From Candidatus Multivoradales bacterium (lineage in GTDB: Bacteria; Acidobacteriota; Thermoanaerobaculia; Multivoradales; J023): a stretch of DNA of 64,000 nt. How positions within the stretch are numbered: the stretch's first letter is position 1; each line of letters starts with the position of its first letter. Shown in pieces: positions 19,653-29,223 of this stretch. The stretch spans positions 3,520,001 to 3,584,000 of the forward strand of contig CBDFLE010000006.1 in assembly GCA_965248925.1 (NCBI GenBank), written 5' to 3'. The notes under the pieces are model-generated. The model was not told the DNA's origin and did not search any database. It saw nothing but the letters and a program-made list of their open reading frames with translations. The position numbers were made by a program, and so were the translations under genes.

Positions 19653-20904
19653 TCTGGCACGGCTGCGTGCAACCTTGGGAACACCCGAGCTTGTCTGGTT
19701 GATCGAGCGTTTGCGCGGTTGCCTCGAACGCCAGCGGGCACTGCCGGCAAGCGTCATCCTGGATTGTCCGACGGCGCAGCAGCGGAGGGCAGTCGATTGT
19801 CTTTTGGGCCGCCCGCCGTCGCGGGGAAAAAGTCTCCGGGTTGATCTCGGCCGTCTTGACAGGCTGCTTCGCCGGGCAGGCCTCTGTGCCGATCTGGAGC
19901 AAGCTGCCGAGGCCCTCGGGGGTCCCCTCTCGGGCCGTTTCGCTTTGCGCGCTCGTCGCGCTGCGAGTTGGTCGAGTCTCTTTGCCGAGGTCGGTCGGCG
20001 CCTGGAAGGCCAGTCGGTTCGGAACTGGCCGGCACAGCACTGGCTGGCGGAACTGCAAGCGAGCGGCTTGCTGAAGCGCCTGAGCGGTGGTGATCCACAG
20101 CTGGGTCAGCGGCTTCTCGAGCAGGCGCTCCTGGTCCTCGACCATCTGCCGGGCGCCGGCCAGTTGCTGGCCGAGATTGCCGCTACGGTAACCGGCGATA
20201 GCCACGTCCTCGATGCCGGACGGCCCCTAAGTACCCTGGTGCTGCGGGCCTTGCCGCACCTGTGGGATGTCGATCGGGACGCTGAGCGGCGAGATGCCTG
20301 GGCGGCGGTCGGCGTCCTCTGCGATGAACTCAGTGCGCCGGTTCTGACCCTCAACCTGCGGGCTGCGATAGAGGGTACCAGCGGCCGGGCCTTGGCCCTA
20401 CACGCCGCTGCTGGCGAGCCATATCGATTGTCGATTCGCCAGCTCAGACGTCAACCGCCGCATTTCTCAGTGCGCCGCACCGGTCGCCGGGTTTTTGTTT
20501 GTGAGAACCCTGCCGTGGTCGCGGCGGCGGCCGACCGACTCGGTGCGAGCAGCGCGCCGTTGATTTGCCTTGAGGGTCAGCCGACGACCGCCGCCCGCTT
20601 GCTTCTGGAGCAGCTCAGCGCGGCCCACATCGAACTCGTGTATCACGGAGATTTTGACTGGCCAGGGCTCCACATCGGCAATCTTGTCAGGCGTCGCCAC
20701 GGTGCTGCCCCGTGGCGTTTCTCAGCCGTCGACTACCTCTCTACTCGCGGTGGCTCAGAACTTGCCGGGTTAGCGGTGGTGGCCAGCTGGGATACCGAAC
20801 TGGCGCCAGCCATGGAGGCCGAGCAGCGAGCGGTGCATGAGGAGCAGATGTTGGCCGAGTTGCTGACTGACCTAGCGCGAGGAGAGGTCTCAGGTGCCGG
20901 CTAA
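19645..20904 (+). CDS. jetD: Wadjet JetD (TIGR02679; DUF3323/DUF2399 toprim nuclease)
   Basis: VFVCENPAVV and YHGDFDWPGL.I toprim motifs; C-terminal VHEE; start overlaps the jetC stop. Confidence 0.9.
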   Translation: MDDLARLRATLGTPELVWLIERLRGCLERQRALPASVILDCPTAQQRRAVDCLLGRPPSRGKSLRVDLGRLDRLLRRAGLCADLEQAAEALGGPLSGRFALRARRAASWSSLFAEVGRRLEGQSVRNWPAQHWLAELQASGLLKRLSGGDPQLGQRLLEQALLVLDHLPGAGQLLAEIAATVTGDSHVLDAGRPLSTLVLRALPHLWDVDRDAERRDAWAAVGVLCDELSAPVLTLNLRAAIEGTSGRALALHAAAGEPYRLSIRQLRRQPPHFSVRRTGRRVFVCENPAVVAAAADRLGASSAPLICLEGQPTTAARLLLEQLSAAHIELVYHGDFDWPGLHIGNLVRRRHGAAPWRFSAVDYLSTRGGSELAGLAVVASWDTELAPAMEAEQRAVHEEQMLAELLTDLARGEVSGAG

Positions 20905-22365
20905 AGCCAGTGGGAAAGCGAATACGGTGCCCTGGCCTTCCACACTCTCGACTTCGATTCGACTGTTGTGCAGCTCCAAGATCCGCTGGGTGATAGCCAG
21001 ACCGAGGCCGGCCCCCTGGTGGCCGCGGGTCTGGTCGCGACTCTTGTAGAAGCGTTCGAAAACGTGCGGCAAGTCCTCTTCGGCAATGCCACATCCGGTA
21101 TCGCGAATGCGCACCAGAATATCCTCGGAGCGGCGCAGCAGCTCGATAGTGATCGAGCCTTCAGGCGGGGTGAAGCGGAGGGCGTTCTCGAGCAGATTTT
21201 CGAGCACCCGCTCCAGCAAGCCGATATCAGCTACTACCGGCGGCAGCTCGGGATTGAGCACCGCCTTCAGCTCGACCCCGCGCTCGGCTGCTTGCAAGTG
21301 ATATCGCTGCACGTTGTCCTGTACCAGTTCGTTGATTGAGAAGGCTTCCAGGCTCGGCGCGATTTGCTGATGGTCTAGTTTGGTGAGTTCGAAGAGTTCC
21401 TCCACCAGCCGGCCGAGACGCTCGGATTGACGCCAGGCGATAGTCTGGTATTCGTCGCGCTCGGTGTCGCTCAGCTGGTCGTTCTTGAGCACCAGGGTAT
21501 CCAGGTAACCTTGCAGGCTGGCGATCGGCGTGCGGAGGTCGTGGGAGATGTTGGCCACCAGTTCGCGGCGCTCATCCTCGAGCCGCTGCATATCCTCGAT
21601 CTGGCGCAGAATACGCTCGGTCATGCGGCCGAAAGAGGCATCGAGCAGCAACACCTCATCGCTGTCGTCCGCTGGTGCCAGGTCCAAACCTGCGCCCTCG
21701 CGACCGAAAGCACGGATGCGACTGGCGAGTTGCCGCAGCGGTTGGGTGAGGCGGCGAAAGAGCAGCAAGCCGGCCGCCGCTGCCAGGGCGATCGAGGCCA
21801 GCAGAGTCCAGCTGGCGAGCCGTAGAACATAGCTCGAACGCAGCAATTCGGTGGCTGAATCGTACTGCTCGGAGGCCAGCACAATGTAGAGGTAGCCGGC
21901 CGTGGCGCCGGTCTCGGGTGGTGGGATAGGGGCCACCGAAAAGATCTTTCTGCGGTTCGGATGGCGCGGATCGTCCCCCAGAATTGGCAGCCGGTGACGA
22001 GGGTCGAGAAAGTGCTCGATCGGCGCCATTGCCACCTGCTGTCGGGTCACCTTGCCGGGGGTGTCGTCGTAGGCGCGGATGCGACCGTCCATGTCGAGCA
22101 AGTAGAATTCGACCCCCGGATTGACCACCATCAGCCAGTGAAACAGCTCTTGCAAGCCTGCGGCGCGGATCTCACCCTCGGCGGTCAGAAAGGTGGTGTG
22201 CTTGGCCGCCGTCAGGTGTTCGGCGAGGTCGAGCTGCAGGCTCTGCCCGACCTCTTGCAGGTGCAATTCAGTGGTCCGCAGGGTGAGTATCACTTGCACG
22301 CTGCCCACCGTTAGCAACAAGGCCAGCAGCACCGCGGCGAGACGAGCGTGCAGAGTGCGCAGCAT
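20890..22365 (-). CDS. HAMP-domain sensor histidine kinase
   Basis: Two TM helices, HAMP, SHDLRTP H-box, NALRFT, DTGCGI and GLGLAI motifs. Confidence 0.95.
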   Translation of the reverse strand: MLRTLHARLAAVLLALLLTVGSVQVILTLRTTELHLQEVGQSLQLDLAEHLTAAKHTTFLTAEGEIRAAGLQELFHWLMVVNPGVEFYLLDMDGRIRAYDDTPGKVTRQQVAMAPIEHFLDPRHRLPILGDDPRHPNRRKIFSVAPIPPPETGATAGYLYIVLASEQYDSATELLRSSYVLRLASWTLLASIALAAAAGLLLFRRLTQPLRQLASRIRAFGREGAGLDLAPADDSDEVLLLDASFGRMTERILRQIEDMQRLEDERRELVANISHDLRTPIASLQGYLDTLVLKNDQLSDTERDEYQTIAWRQSERLGRLVEELFELTKLDHQQIAPSLEAFSINELVQDNVQRYHLQAAERGVELKAVLNPELPPVVADIGLLERVLENLLENALRFTPPEGSITIELLRRSEDILVRIRDTGCGIAEEDLPHVFERFYKSRDQTRGHQGAGLGLAITQRILELHNSRIEVESVEGQGTVFAFPLALAGT

Positions 22366-22374
22366 CGGTGTGGC

Positions 22375-23070
22375 TCAGCCGGGCTCGGCGAATTTGTAGC
22401 CCACGCCCCAAACGGTGAGGATGTGGCGGGGCTGGGTGGGGTCGTTTTCGATCTTGGAACGCAGCCGGTTGATGTGCGAATTCACCGTGTGTTCGTAGCC
22501 GCCGTGGCCATAGGCCCACACCTGATCGAGCAATTCGGCGCGGCTGTAGACCCGGCCCGGATGGCGGGCGAAATGTAGCAGCAGATCGAATTCCTTGGCG
22601 GTCAGGCGCAGCTCTCGGGCGTTCTGGAGCACCCGGCGGCGCGGGACATCGATCTCCAGGTCACCAGCGGTGATCACCGCGCTCTCCTCGGGTTTGTTGC
22701 TCAGGGCTTCGACCCGGCGCAAGATGGCCTTGACTCGGGCGACCAGCTCGCGGACGCTGAACGGCTTGGTCAGGTAGTCGTCGGCGCCCACCTCCAGGCC
22801 GAGTACCCGGTCGAGTTCGCTCGACTTAGCGGTCAGCATCAGCACCGGGGTGTAGCTTGCCCGCTGGCGGATCCGCTGGCAGATTTCCAAGCCGTCAACG
22901 CCCGGCAGCATGAGATCGAGGACGATCAGATCGAAGTCGTCCGAAGTCGCCAAGCGGAGGCCGTTGTTGCCATCGGCGGCGCGGGTGACGGTGTGACCGG
23001 CGTCGTTCAGGTGCAGCTCCACCAGCCGGGCCAGAGGGTCTTCGTCTTCGATTACCAGCACATTCGACAT
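22375..23070 (-). CDS. OmpR/PhoB family response regulator
   Basis: LDLMLP and GADDYLTKPF receiver motifs; winged-helix TVNSHINRLR.K and TVWGVGY. Confidence 0.95.
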   Translation of the reverse strand: MSNVLVIEDEDPLARLVELHLNDAGHTVTRAADGNNGLRLATSDDFDLIVLDLMLPGVDGLEICQRIRQRASYTPVLMLTAKSSELDRVLGLEVGADDYLTKPFSVRELVARVKAILRRVEALSNKPEESAVITAGDLEIDVPRRRVLQNARELRLTAKEFDLLLHFARHPGRVYSRAELLDQVWAYGHGGYEHTVNSHINRLRSKIENDPTQPRHILTVWGVGYKFAEPG

Positions 23071-23137
23071 CTTTAGAACTCCAGACACCGTGCCCGCTAG
23101 GAACTGCGGCTCTCATCGCTGACGGCAGTCAGGGTGC

Positions 23138-23172
23138 AGTTTAAAGCCCGATGTTCACGAAATCATCACGAT
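23138..23172 (-). promoter_or_regulatory. Putative autoregulated promoter: TCACG-N6-TCACG box with a -10-like TAAACT
   Basis: TCACGAAATCATCACG at 23155-23170; minus-strand TAAACT at 23143-23138. Confidence 0.5.
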
Positions 23173-23248
23173 CGAGCCAAGAATTGGCTCTTAGCACCGA
23201 GCCCGCCGCGCCATGAGAGGATGTCGATCCTACTAGGAGGATAGAAGG

Positions 23249-24280
23249 ATGCGCGCAATTCGCTGGCTGGCCTTTTTCTTGATCGCTGCGGTGGCTGGTT
23301 CGCTGGCCGCCGAGTCGCCAGGGCTGACTTCCAGCGGGTTTTCCCGCCCGGTCCACACCTACTCGATCGTCGCCCACGACCCACTGACCGGCGAGTTTGG
23401 GGTGGCGGTACAAAGCCACTGGTTTCAGGTCGGTGCGATTGTCAGTTGGGCTCGGGCGGGAGTCGGAGCGGTGGCCACCCAATCGTTCGTCGAGCCAGCC
23501 TACGGCCCTCGCGGGCTCGAGCTGATGGCTCAGGGCAAGAGCGCCGGCGAGGCTCTCGACATCCTGCTGGCCGCCGATCCGCAGCGCGATGTGCGGCAGA
23601 TTGCCATGGTCGATAACCAGGGACGGGTGGCGGCGTGGACCGGCCCAAAGTGCATCGCTGCAGCGGGCCACCAGACCGGCAAGAGTTATTCGGTGCAGGC
23701 CAACCTGATGGATCAAGACACTGTCTGGCCAGCGATGGCGGCAGCCTTCGAGGCCGCTGAGGGTAGCCTTGCCGAGCGCTTGTTGGCGGCTCTCGAAGCA
23801 GCCCAAGCAGAGGGTGGCGACATTCGTGGCCAGCAGAGCGCGGCGCTAATGGTGGTGCGTGGTGAGGCCGATGTCGAGCCCTGGCGGGAGCGGCTGGTAG
23901 ATCTGCGCATTGCCGATCACCCTGAGCCGCTGGTCGAGCTGCGCCGTCTCTTGCGTCTGCACCGTGCCTACGAGGCGATGAACGGTGGCGACGAAGCGAT
24001 GGCGCGAGGCGATGTTGTTGTCGCTAGCCGTCTCTACAGCGAGGGTGTAGAGACGGCGCCGGAGGTCGTCGAGTTGCCCTTCTGGCAAGCAGTGACCTTG
24101 TTCACTAGTGGCCACGAGGCAGAAGCGGTGCCAATCCTGCGCCGGGTATTCGCCGCTGAAGAGCGCTGGCGCCGCTTGCTGCCACGGCTGGTGCCGGCCG
24201 GCATCGTGCCCGATCAGGCGATGATCGAAAAGATGCTCAAGGCAGTCGATGCACCGCCGCCGCAGTCCGCCGACGGATGA
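23249..24280 (+). CDS. Secreted DUF1028 Ntn-hydrolase family protein with C-terminal TPR-like region
   Basis: Signal peptide followed by TYSIVA; GAVATQ and GGD.RG.QSAAL motifs. Confidence 0.88.
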   Translation: MRAIRWLAFFLIAAVAGSLAAESPGLTSSGFSRPVHTYSIVAHDPLTGEFGVAVQSHWFQVGAIVSWARAGVGAVATQSFVEPAYGPRGLELMAQGKSAGEALDILLAADPQRDVRQIAMVDNQGRVAAWTGPKCIAAAGHQTGKSYSVQANLMDQDTVWPAMAAAFEAAEGSLAERLLAALEAAQAEGGDIRGQQSAALMVVRGEADVEPWRERLVDLRIADHPEPLVELRRLLRLHRAYEAMNGGDEAMARGDVVVASRLYSEGVETAPEVVELPFWQAVTLFTSGHEAEAVPILRRVFAAEERWRRLLPRLVPAGIVPDQAMIEKMLKAVDAPPPQSADG

Positions 24281-24301
24281 GGAAAGAACTCCCTAGTTGC
24301 C

Positions 24302-26713
24302 CTACTCCTGCCGCAGAGCGCGGATCGGGTCGATGCTGGCTGCCTTGGAAGCTGGCAGCAAGCTGGCGACCAGGCTCACCAGAGCGAGCAGCAGGGCGAT
24401 CATGCCAATCAGCCGCGGGTCGGTGGTGATCAGGCCGGAAAGTAGCTGAGTAATCGCTCGGGTAACCAGGAAGACGCCGGGTAGACCGACGACGATGCCG
24501 ATCAATGCCAGTTTGATGCCTTGGCTAGCAATCATCTGCACTACCTGCGCGCGGCGGGCACCAATCGCCATACGCAAACCGATCTCACGCCGTCGCTGGG
24601 CCACGTTGTACGCCAGCACGCCGTAGGTGCCGAGGGCCGCCAAGAGCAGCGCCAGGCTGCCAAAGGCGCTGAGAATATAAGTGAAGAGCCGGCTGCCGAC
24701 CTTGAACTGTTCGACGAAGGTATCGAGGCTCTGGAGGCGAGCAATCGCCAGCCTGGGGTCAAAACCCTGCACCGCACCGCGCACCTCGGGGCCGAGGGAT
24801 TCGGGCTCGACTTGGGTGCGCAGGATCATCACCATCGAGCGGCTGGGTTGTTGGCTAAAGGGCAAGTAGAGCGCCATCAGATCTTCGTCGGCGACCAGCA
24901 GGCCGTGCTGCACGGTCGGCACCACTCCCACCACTTCGCGCGAGATGCCCTGGATGGTCAGGCGCTGGCCGAGGGCGGGCTGCTCTGGCCAGAAACGGCG
25001 GGCCAGAGTTTGGTTGACCACCACCACAGGCGCGCTGTCGGCGCGGTCATTGACGCTGAAAACCCGACCCTGATGCAGGGGGATGCCGAGTACCTCGAAA
25101 TAGCCCGGCGGACTGGTCACTAGCGAAGCGCTCGGTGGTAGCTCGTCCTCGGCGATGGGTTGATCGTCGAGGGTGAAACTCACCGTTGGAGTAAAGGGGC
25201 TGCGCGGCACTCCGTTCGAAGCGGTGGCGTGCAGCACCCCAGGCAGGTGTGCGAGCTGCTCGGTCAGCTGTTGGGTGCTGTCGATCAATCTCTCGTCGCC
25301 CGGATAGTTCGACTCCCCCAATTCGACTTGGAAGATCAGCAGATTTGACGAATCAAACCCCGGATCGGTGTTTTGCAGCACCACGAAGCCTCTGATCAAC
25401 ACCGTCGCTCCCGACAGCAGCACCAGTGCCAGAGCAATCTCGCTGACCACCAGCAGGCTCGACAGACGCTTGCGCCGCCCACCGGCGGTAGCGCCTTGGC
25501 CGCCGTCCTTGAGGGCGCTAGTGAGATCGAGGCGGAAGCTCTGGGTGATCGGTGCCAGACCGAACAGAACGGCCCCCAACAGGGTGACACCGACGGTGAA
25601 GAGGATCGTCCGCAAATCGATCGTCGGCATCATGTAGGTTGGCACTTGCGCCTCCAGCATGGCCCCCAGTTGTCGCGAGCCGAAGCTGCCCAAGATGAGC
25701 CCGATAACCCCCGCCGCGGTCGCCATCAGCAGACTCTCGACGGCCAGCTGGCGCAAGATCTGACCGCGGCTGGCGCCCAGGCTGGAGCGCAGAGCGATCT
25801 CCTTCTGCCGCCGCTGACTGCGCGCCAGGAGCAAGTTGGCGACGTTGGCGCAGGCGATCAAGAGGACGAAAACCAGTGCCCCTTGCAGCATCCAGAACAG
25901 CGTCCGGGTGCGTCGATCGGGAATCTCGTGGCGCATGTTGAATGAGTTGATCTCCCAGCCGCGGTTGGCATCGGGAAACTCTGCTGCCATGGTCTTGCCC
26001 AGGGCGGCCAGCTCGGCCTTGGCGCTGGAGTCGGTGGCGCCCTCGGCGAGCCGTCCCAAGACCAAGGCATTGCGCAACTGACGGTCGACCTTCCCGCGGT
26101 CGATCGGCAAAGGTAGCCACAGGCGAATCGTCGGGTCGAGGAGTTCGAAATCTTCGCCCAGCACTCCCACCACCAGATGATTCTCACCGTTGATCTGGAT
26201 CTCGCGCTCAAGAATGTCGGTGGCGCCGGCAAAGCGGTTCTGCCACATGGCGAGGCTCAGCACCGCCACCCGGTGGCCACCGGGGAGGCCCTCCTCGGGC
26301 AGAAAGACTCGGCCCAGCTTCGCTTTAGTGCCGAGCATGGCGAACAGCTCGGTCGATACCTTGCCAGTGTTGAGTGGTACCGGCTGATCGCCGTCGGTCA
26401 GGCTCACCGGGCCGGGCAGGAAGGCGGCCAGATCCTCGAAGCTGTGCAGCCTCTCTTCCCAATCGAGCATGTTGGCCAGCGACGCTGGGGCAACTGAACT
26501 GATCTTAGTGCCCTCTTGTTGCTCGCCGAGCAGATACAGCCGGTCGGGTTCATCGAAGGGCAGCGGGCCGTAGAGCAGCCCATTGATCAAGCTGAAAACG
26601 CTGGTGTTGCCGCCGATGGCGAGGGCTAGTGAGAAGATTGCCAGCAGCGTTACGCTGAGGCTCTTGCGCAAGGTGCGCCAGGCAAACTTGATATCGTGCC
26701 AAAGACTATCCAT
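24302..26713 (-). CDS. Duplicated MacB/FtsX-type ABC permease (ADOP-like orphan permease)
   Basis: LALAIGGNT.VFS, LLIACANVANLLLAR, EIG.RMAIGA and DPI.ALRQE motifs; no adjacent ATPase gene. Confidence 0.92.
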   Translation of the reverse strand: MDSLWHDIKFAWRTLRKSLSVTLLAIFSLALAIGGNTSVFSLINGLLYGPLPFDEPDRLYLLGEQQEGTKISSVAPASLANMLDWEERLHSFEDLAAFLPGPVSLTDGDQPVPLNTGKVSTELFAMLGTKAKLGRVFLPEEGLPGGHRVAVLSLAMWQNRFAGATDILEREIQINGENHLVVGVLGEDFELLDPTIRLWLPLPIDRGKVDRQLRNALVLGRLAEGATDSSAKAELAALGKTMAAEFPDANRGWEINSFNMRHEIPDRRTRTLFWMLQGALVFVLLIACANVANLLLARSQRRQKEIALRSSLGASRGQILRQLAVESLLMATAAGVIGLILGSFGSRQLGAMLEAQVPTYMMPTIDLRTILFTVGVTLLGAVLFGLAPITQSFRLDLTSALKDGGQGATAGGRRKRLSSLLVVSEIALALVLLSGATVLIRGFVVLQNTDPGFDSSNLLIFQVELGESNYPGDERLIDSTQQLTEQLAHLPGVLHATASNGVPRSPFTPTVSFTLDDQPIAEDELPPSASLVTSPPGYFEVLGIPLHQGRVFSVNDRADSAPVVVVNQTLARRFWPEQPALGQRLTIQGISREVVGVVPTVQHGLLVADEDLMALYLPFSQQPSRSMVMILRTQVEPESLGPEVRGAVQGFDPRLAIARLQSLDTFVEQFKVGSRLFTYILSAFGSLALLLAALGTYGVLAYNVAQRRREIGLRMAIGARRAQVVQMIASQGIKLALIGIVVGLPGVFLVTRAITQLLSGLITTDPRLIGMIALLLALVSLVASLLPASKAASIDPIRALRQE

Positions 26714-26873
26714 CTTGAAACTCCCGCGTTCGGCCTGTGGTCTCCTTGGAGGACCTACGACCAGCTCTGGAGAAAGTTTCGAGCGGCCAAAACCAACTTT
26801 CAACACCTTCGAGGCGATCCCGTAAGATGTCTGGACTGTCGAAAGCAGCTTCTTGAACTTGTTGGAGAACCTA

Positions 26874-27629
26874 ATGCGCCATGCTCGCTCGTCCCGCCTT
26901 GCTTCCCCCTCGGTCCTCGCCTTTCTGGTCTTCTGGCCCGCCCTGGTCGCTGCCCAGCCCACCGCCGAAGAACTGCTAGATCGGTCAATCGCCTACCACG
27001 ACCCCGCAGGGCGGTTGCTAGGTGGCGCCCATCGGCTGCGCTTTCTCGAAACTCGTCCGGAGGGGACCGATCGGCACAGCGAAGTGCTGATCGACATCCC
27101 CACCGAGCGTTTCGAGATGGTGCGCAAGGGTGAGCACAGGATCGCTGGCGTGATGGCTCCGGGGCGCTGCGAGATGACCCTGGACGGCCGCTCCGAGTTG
27201 AGCGACAAAGAACGCGAGAAGCACCGCCTGAGCTGCGATCGCTTGCGGCTGATGCGTAATTACTACCTTTATCTGTGGGCGTTGCCGATGAAGCTTCACG
27301 ATCCCGGCACCCAGCTCGGCGCGGTGACCGCAACAAATTTTGTAGAGCAGCAAGTCTGGGGTTTGCGGGTGACTTACGAAGAGGCGGTTGGCAAGGATAT
27401 TTGGTACTTCTACTTCGATCGCCAGAGTGCCGCCTTGGTCGGCTACCGCTTTTACCACGACGAGTCGAAGAACGATGGTGAGTACATCGTGCTCGAAGGG
27501 GAAGTCGAAGCCGCCGGGCTGCGCTTGCCCAAGAGCCGCAGTTGGTACACCCACCATGATGATCGCCTGTTGGGCACCGATACCTTGCTGGAAATCGTCG
27601 CGGGGGGCGGGGAGGGATCGCCCGACTAA
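26874..27629 (+). CDS. Secreted protein (DUF6503-like)
   Basis: Signal peptide; LLDRSIAYHDP, RNYY.YLW.LPMKL.DPG and GKD.WYFYF motifs. Confidence 0.75.
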   Translation: MRHARSSRLASPSVLAFLVFWPALVAAQPTAEELLDRSIAYHDPAGRLLGGAHRLRFLETRPEGTDRHSEVLIDIPTERFEMVRKGEHRIAGVMAPGRCEMTLDGRSELSDKEREKHRLSCDRLRLMRNYYLYLWALPMKLHDPGTQLGAVTATNFVEQQVWGLRVTYEEAVGKDIWYFYFDRQSAALVGYRFYHDESKNDGEYIVLEGEVEAAGLRLPKSRSWYTHHDDRLLGTDTLLEIVAGGGEGSPD

Positions 27630-27672
27630 GAAAAGGAAAGTCAGGCGATGGTGGCCGACTCGCCCAAGGTCT

Positions 27673-27750
27673 GTAGGGGCGCACGGCGTGCGCCCTCTTC
27701 CTGCCATCAAGCGAGGTCGATCCAGAAAGGCGAATGCCATGCGCCTCTAC
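27673..27750. repeat. GTAG-type REP inverted doublet (REPIN-like)
   Basis: GTAG-GGGCGCAC-GGC-GTGCGCCC at 27673-27695 and a degenerate inverted copy ending in CTAC at 27728-27750. Confidence 0.75.
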
Positions 27751-27861
27751 GCAAACTCGGTGGGGCCAACGAGGAATAACTTGGCCACAGTGGCTGATTT
27801 GCCCCTCTGAAGTGTTGGCGAAACTGGCAACGAAAAGAAATCAAGTGGGGTCGGTCTAGCG

Positions 27862-28220
27862 TCAGGTCTGAACCATCCCGGAGATTCTGGCTCGACCTGG
27901 CTGCAAGACGACGAATCGTCCCTTCAACCGATCTCCGAGCTGGGCCAATGTCGTTGCAGTAGAATCAATCAGCCCAGATCTTGCACCAGCCGGGAAGCGA
28001 ATCAAGACAACACCATGCTGCCGGGTGCCTTCCGAGAAAACCAGCTGACCGAAGTCTTTGTCCTCAGTCAGCAAAATCCGATCTCCGCATGTGCCTGGGC
28101 CGCGACTTCCGCATCGGGTATTCCGGGTCGTAGCTCGGCGATGGCGGTCACGTCATGTCCAGCGGAGCGCATGGCGCGGACGGCGCGGAAATCTACCGAC
28201 TCGTCAGCCAAGAACTTCAA
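27862..28220 (-). pseudogene. DUF5615 PIN-like (VapC45-type) toxin, frameshifted
   Basis: The N-terminal frame (TTG)KFLADESVDF...LRPGIPDAEVAAQAHAE stops shortly after about 28082. The C-terminal RILLTEDKDFGQL...GVVLIR is in another frame. One inserted base would rejoin them. Confidence 0.8.
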
Positions 28221-28222
28221 AA

Positions 28223-28462
28223 TCAGGATGCTAGCGATTCGGTGAGCAGTATTTCTTGGTGGGCCAAGACATCGGCGGCGTAGATCAGCGCTGCCAGGAG
28301 ATCGTCTCGGGTTAGCCGTGGGTAGGCGTCTAGCAGGTCATTTTCCGAGGCGCCCTCGCCGAGTTTGCGCAGCAGCAGATCGACTGGGATGCGAGTGCCG
28401 CGGATGATCGGCTTGCCGAGCATGATGTCAGGCCGGGTTTCGATGTGGTTGGTGATCGTCAT
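28223..28462 (-). CDS. DUF433 domain antitoxin (VapB45-type)
   Basis: PDIMLGKPIIRGTRIPV...YPRLT.DD..AAL.YA motif; directly upstream of the DUF5615 gene. Confidence 0.92.
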   Translation of the reverse strand: MTITNHIETRPDIMLGKPIIRGTRIPVDLLLRKLGEGASENDLLDAYPRLTRDDLLAALIYAADVLAHQEILLTESLAS

Positions 28463-28832
28463 CTTGAATCCTCTGGTGACGGAAATCTGCTGGGGCCGAG
28501 GCCCACCCCCTGTGCCTTTGACTACACCGAAGGGCCTCCAGCCGAGATTCGGCTGACAAGATCCTGATCCTGTGATCCCACGGTTGATGCGGCTGCGCCT
28601 CCTCGATCCGCCAAGATTCATGGTTCTCTGCCATGTGGATCTCGTTGGCCCTCCTGCTCGTTTCCAGGGAGAACTTTCTCTTGGCTCGCTGCCTCGTTTG
28701 GCACTTTCGCTCCACGGCACTAGGATTGTGGGTGCATTGCTAAGGGCTCGCGTCGGCCTGGGGTGCGCGTGGCGGCTCGGTGTCCGGCTGCGAAACCTAA
28801 TACTTCAGTGGTCTACCTAAGGAGAACTCAAC

Positions 28833-29156
28833 ATGAAGACCTGGACCCGGAAACGCACTCTGTTCGCCGTTGCTTTTCTCACCCTAACTCTACTCGCCAC
28901 CGTCGGCCTGGCGCTCAGCGCGCAGGCTGCGAAAGTCGGCTCGCGGGCTAGCAGTTGCCCCAATCCCGGCGTGTTCACTGGTCACGACGATACAGGCGAT
29001 TTCCAGCTCGCCCTCGAAGACGCCATCGCCGAGGCCGCGACCTGCGCTGGTTGTTGCGACTTGCTGATTACCTACGAGGTGACCAAGACGACGGGTCGGG
29101 CCGGTGGCTTTGCCGGCTTTGACGATATCTACGTCACCATCGTCGCCACCCACTAA
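28833..29156 (+). CDS. Small secreted Cys-containing hypothetical protein
   Basis: AGGAG RBS, signal peptide, four Cys; hairpin follows the stop. Confidence 0.75.
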   Translation: MKTWTRKRTLFAVAFLTLTLLATVGLALSAQAAKVGSRASSCPNPGVFTGHDDTGDFQLALEDAIAEAATCAGCCDLLITYEVTKTTGRAGGFAGFDDIYVTIVATH

Positions 29157-29166
29157 CCCGCCCTCC

Positions 29167-29212
29167 GGCTGCCTGTCGCGATGCCTTCACCGGCAGCTCG
29201 CGATCGGCAGCC
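29167..29212. terminator. Imperfect hairpin between convergent genes
   Basis: GGCTGCC..TCGCGA.TGCC-loop-GGCA..TCGCGA..GGCAGCC. Confidence 0.5.
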
Positions 29213-29223
29213 GCCTTTGAACT

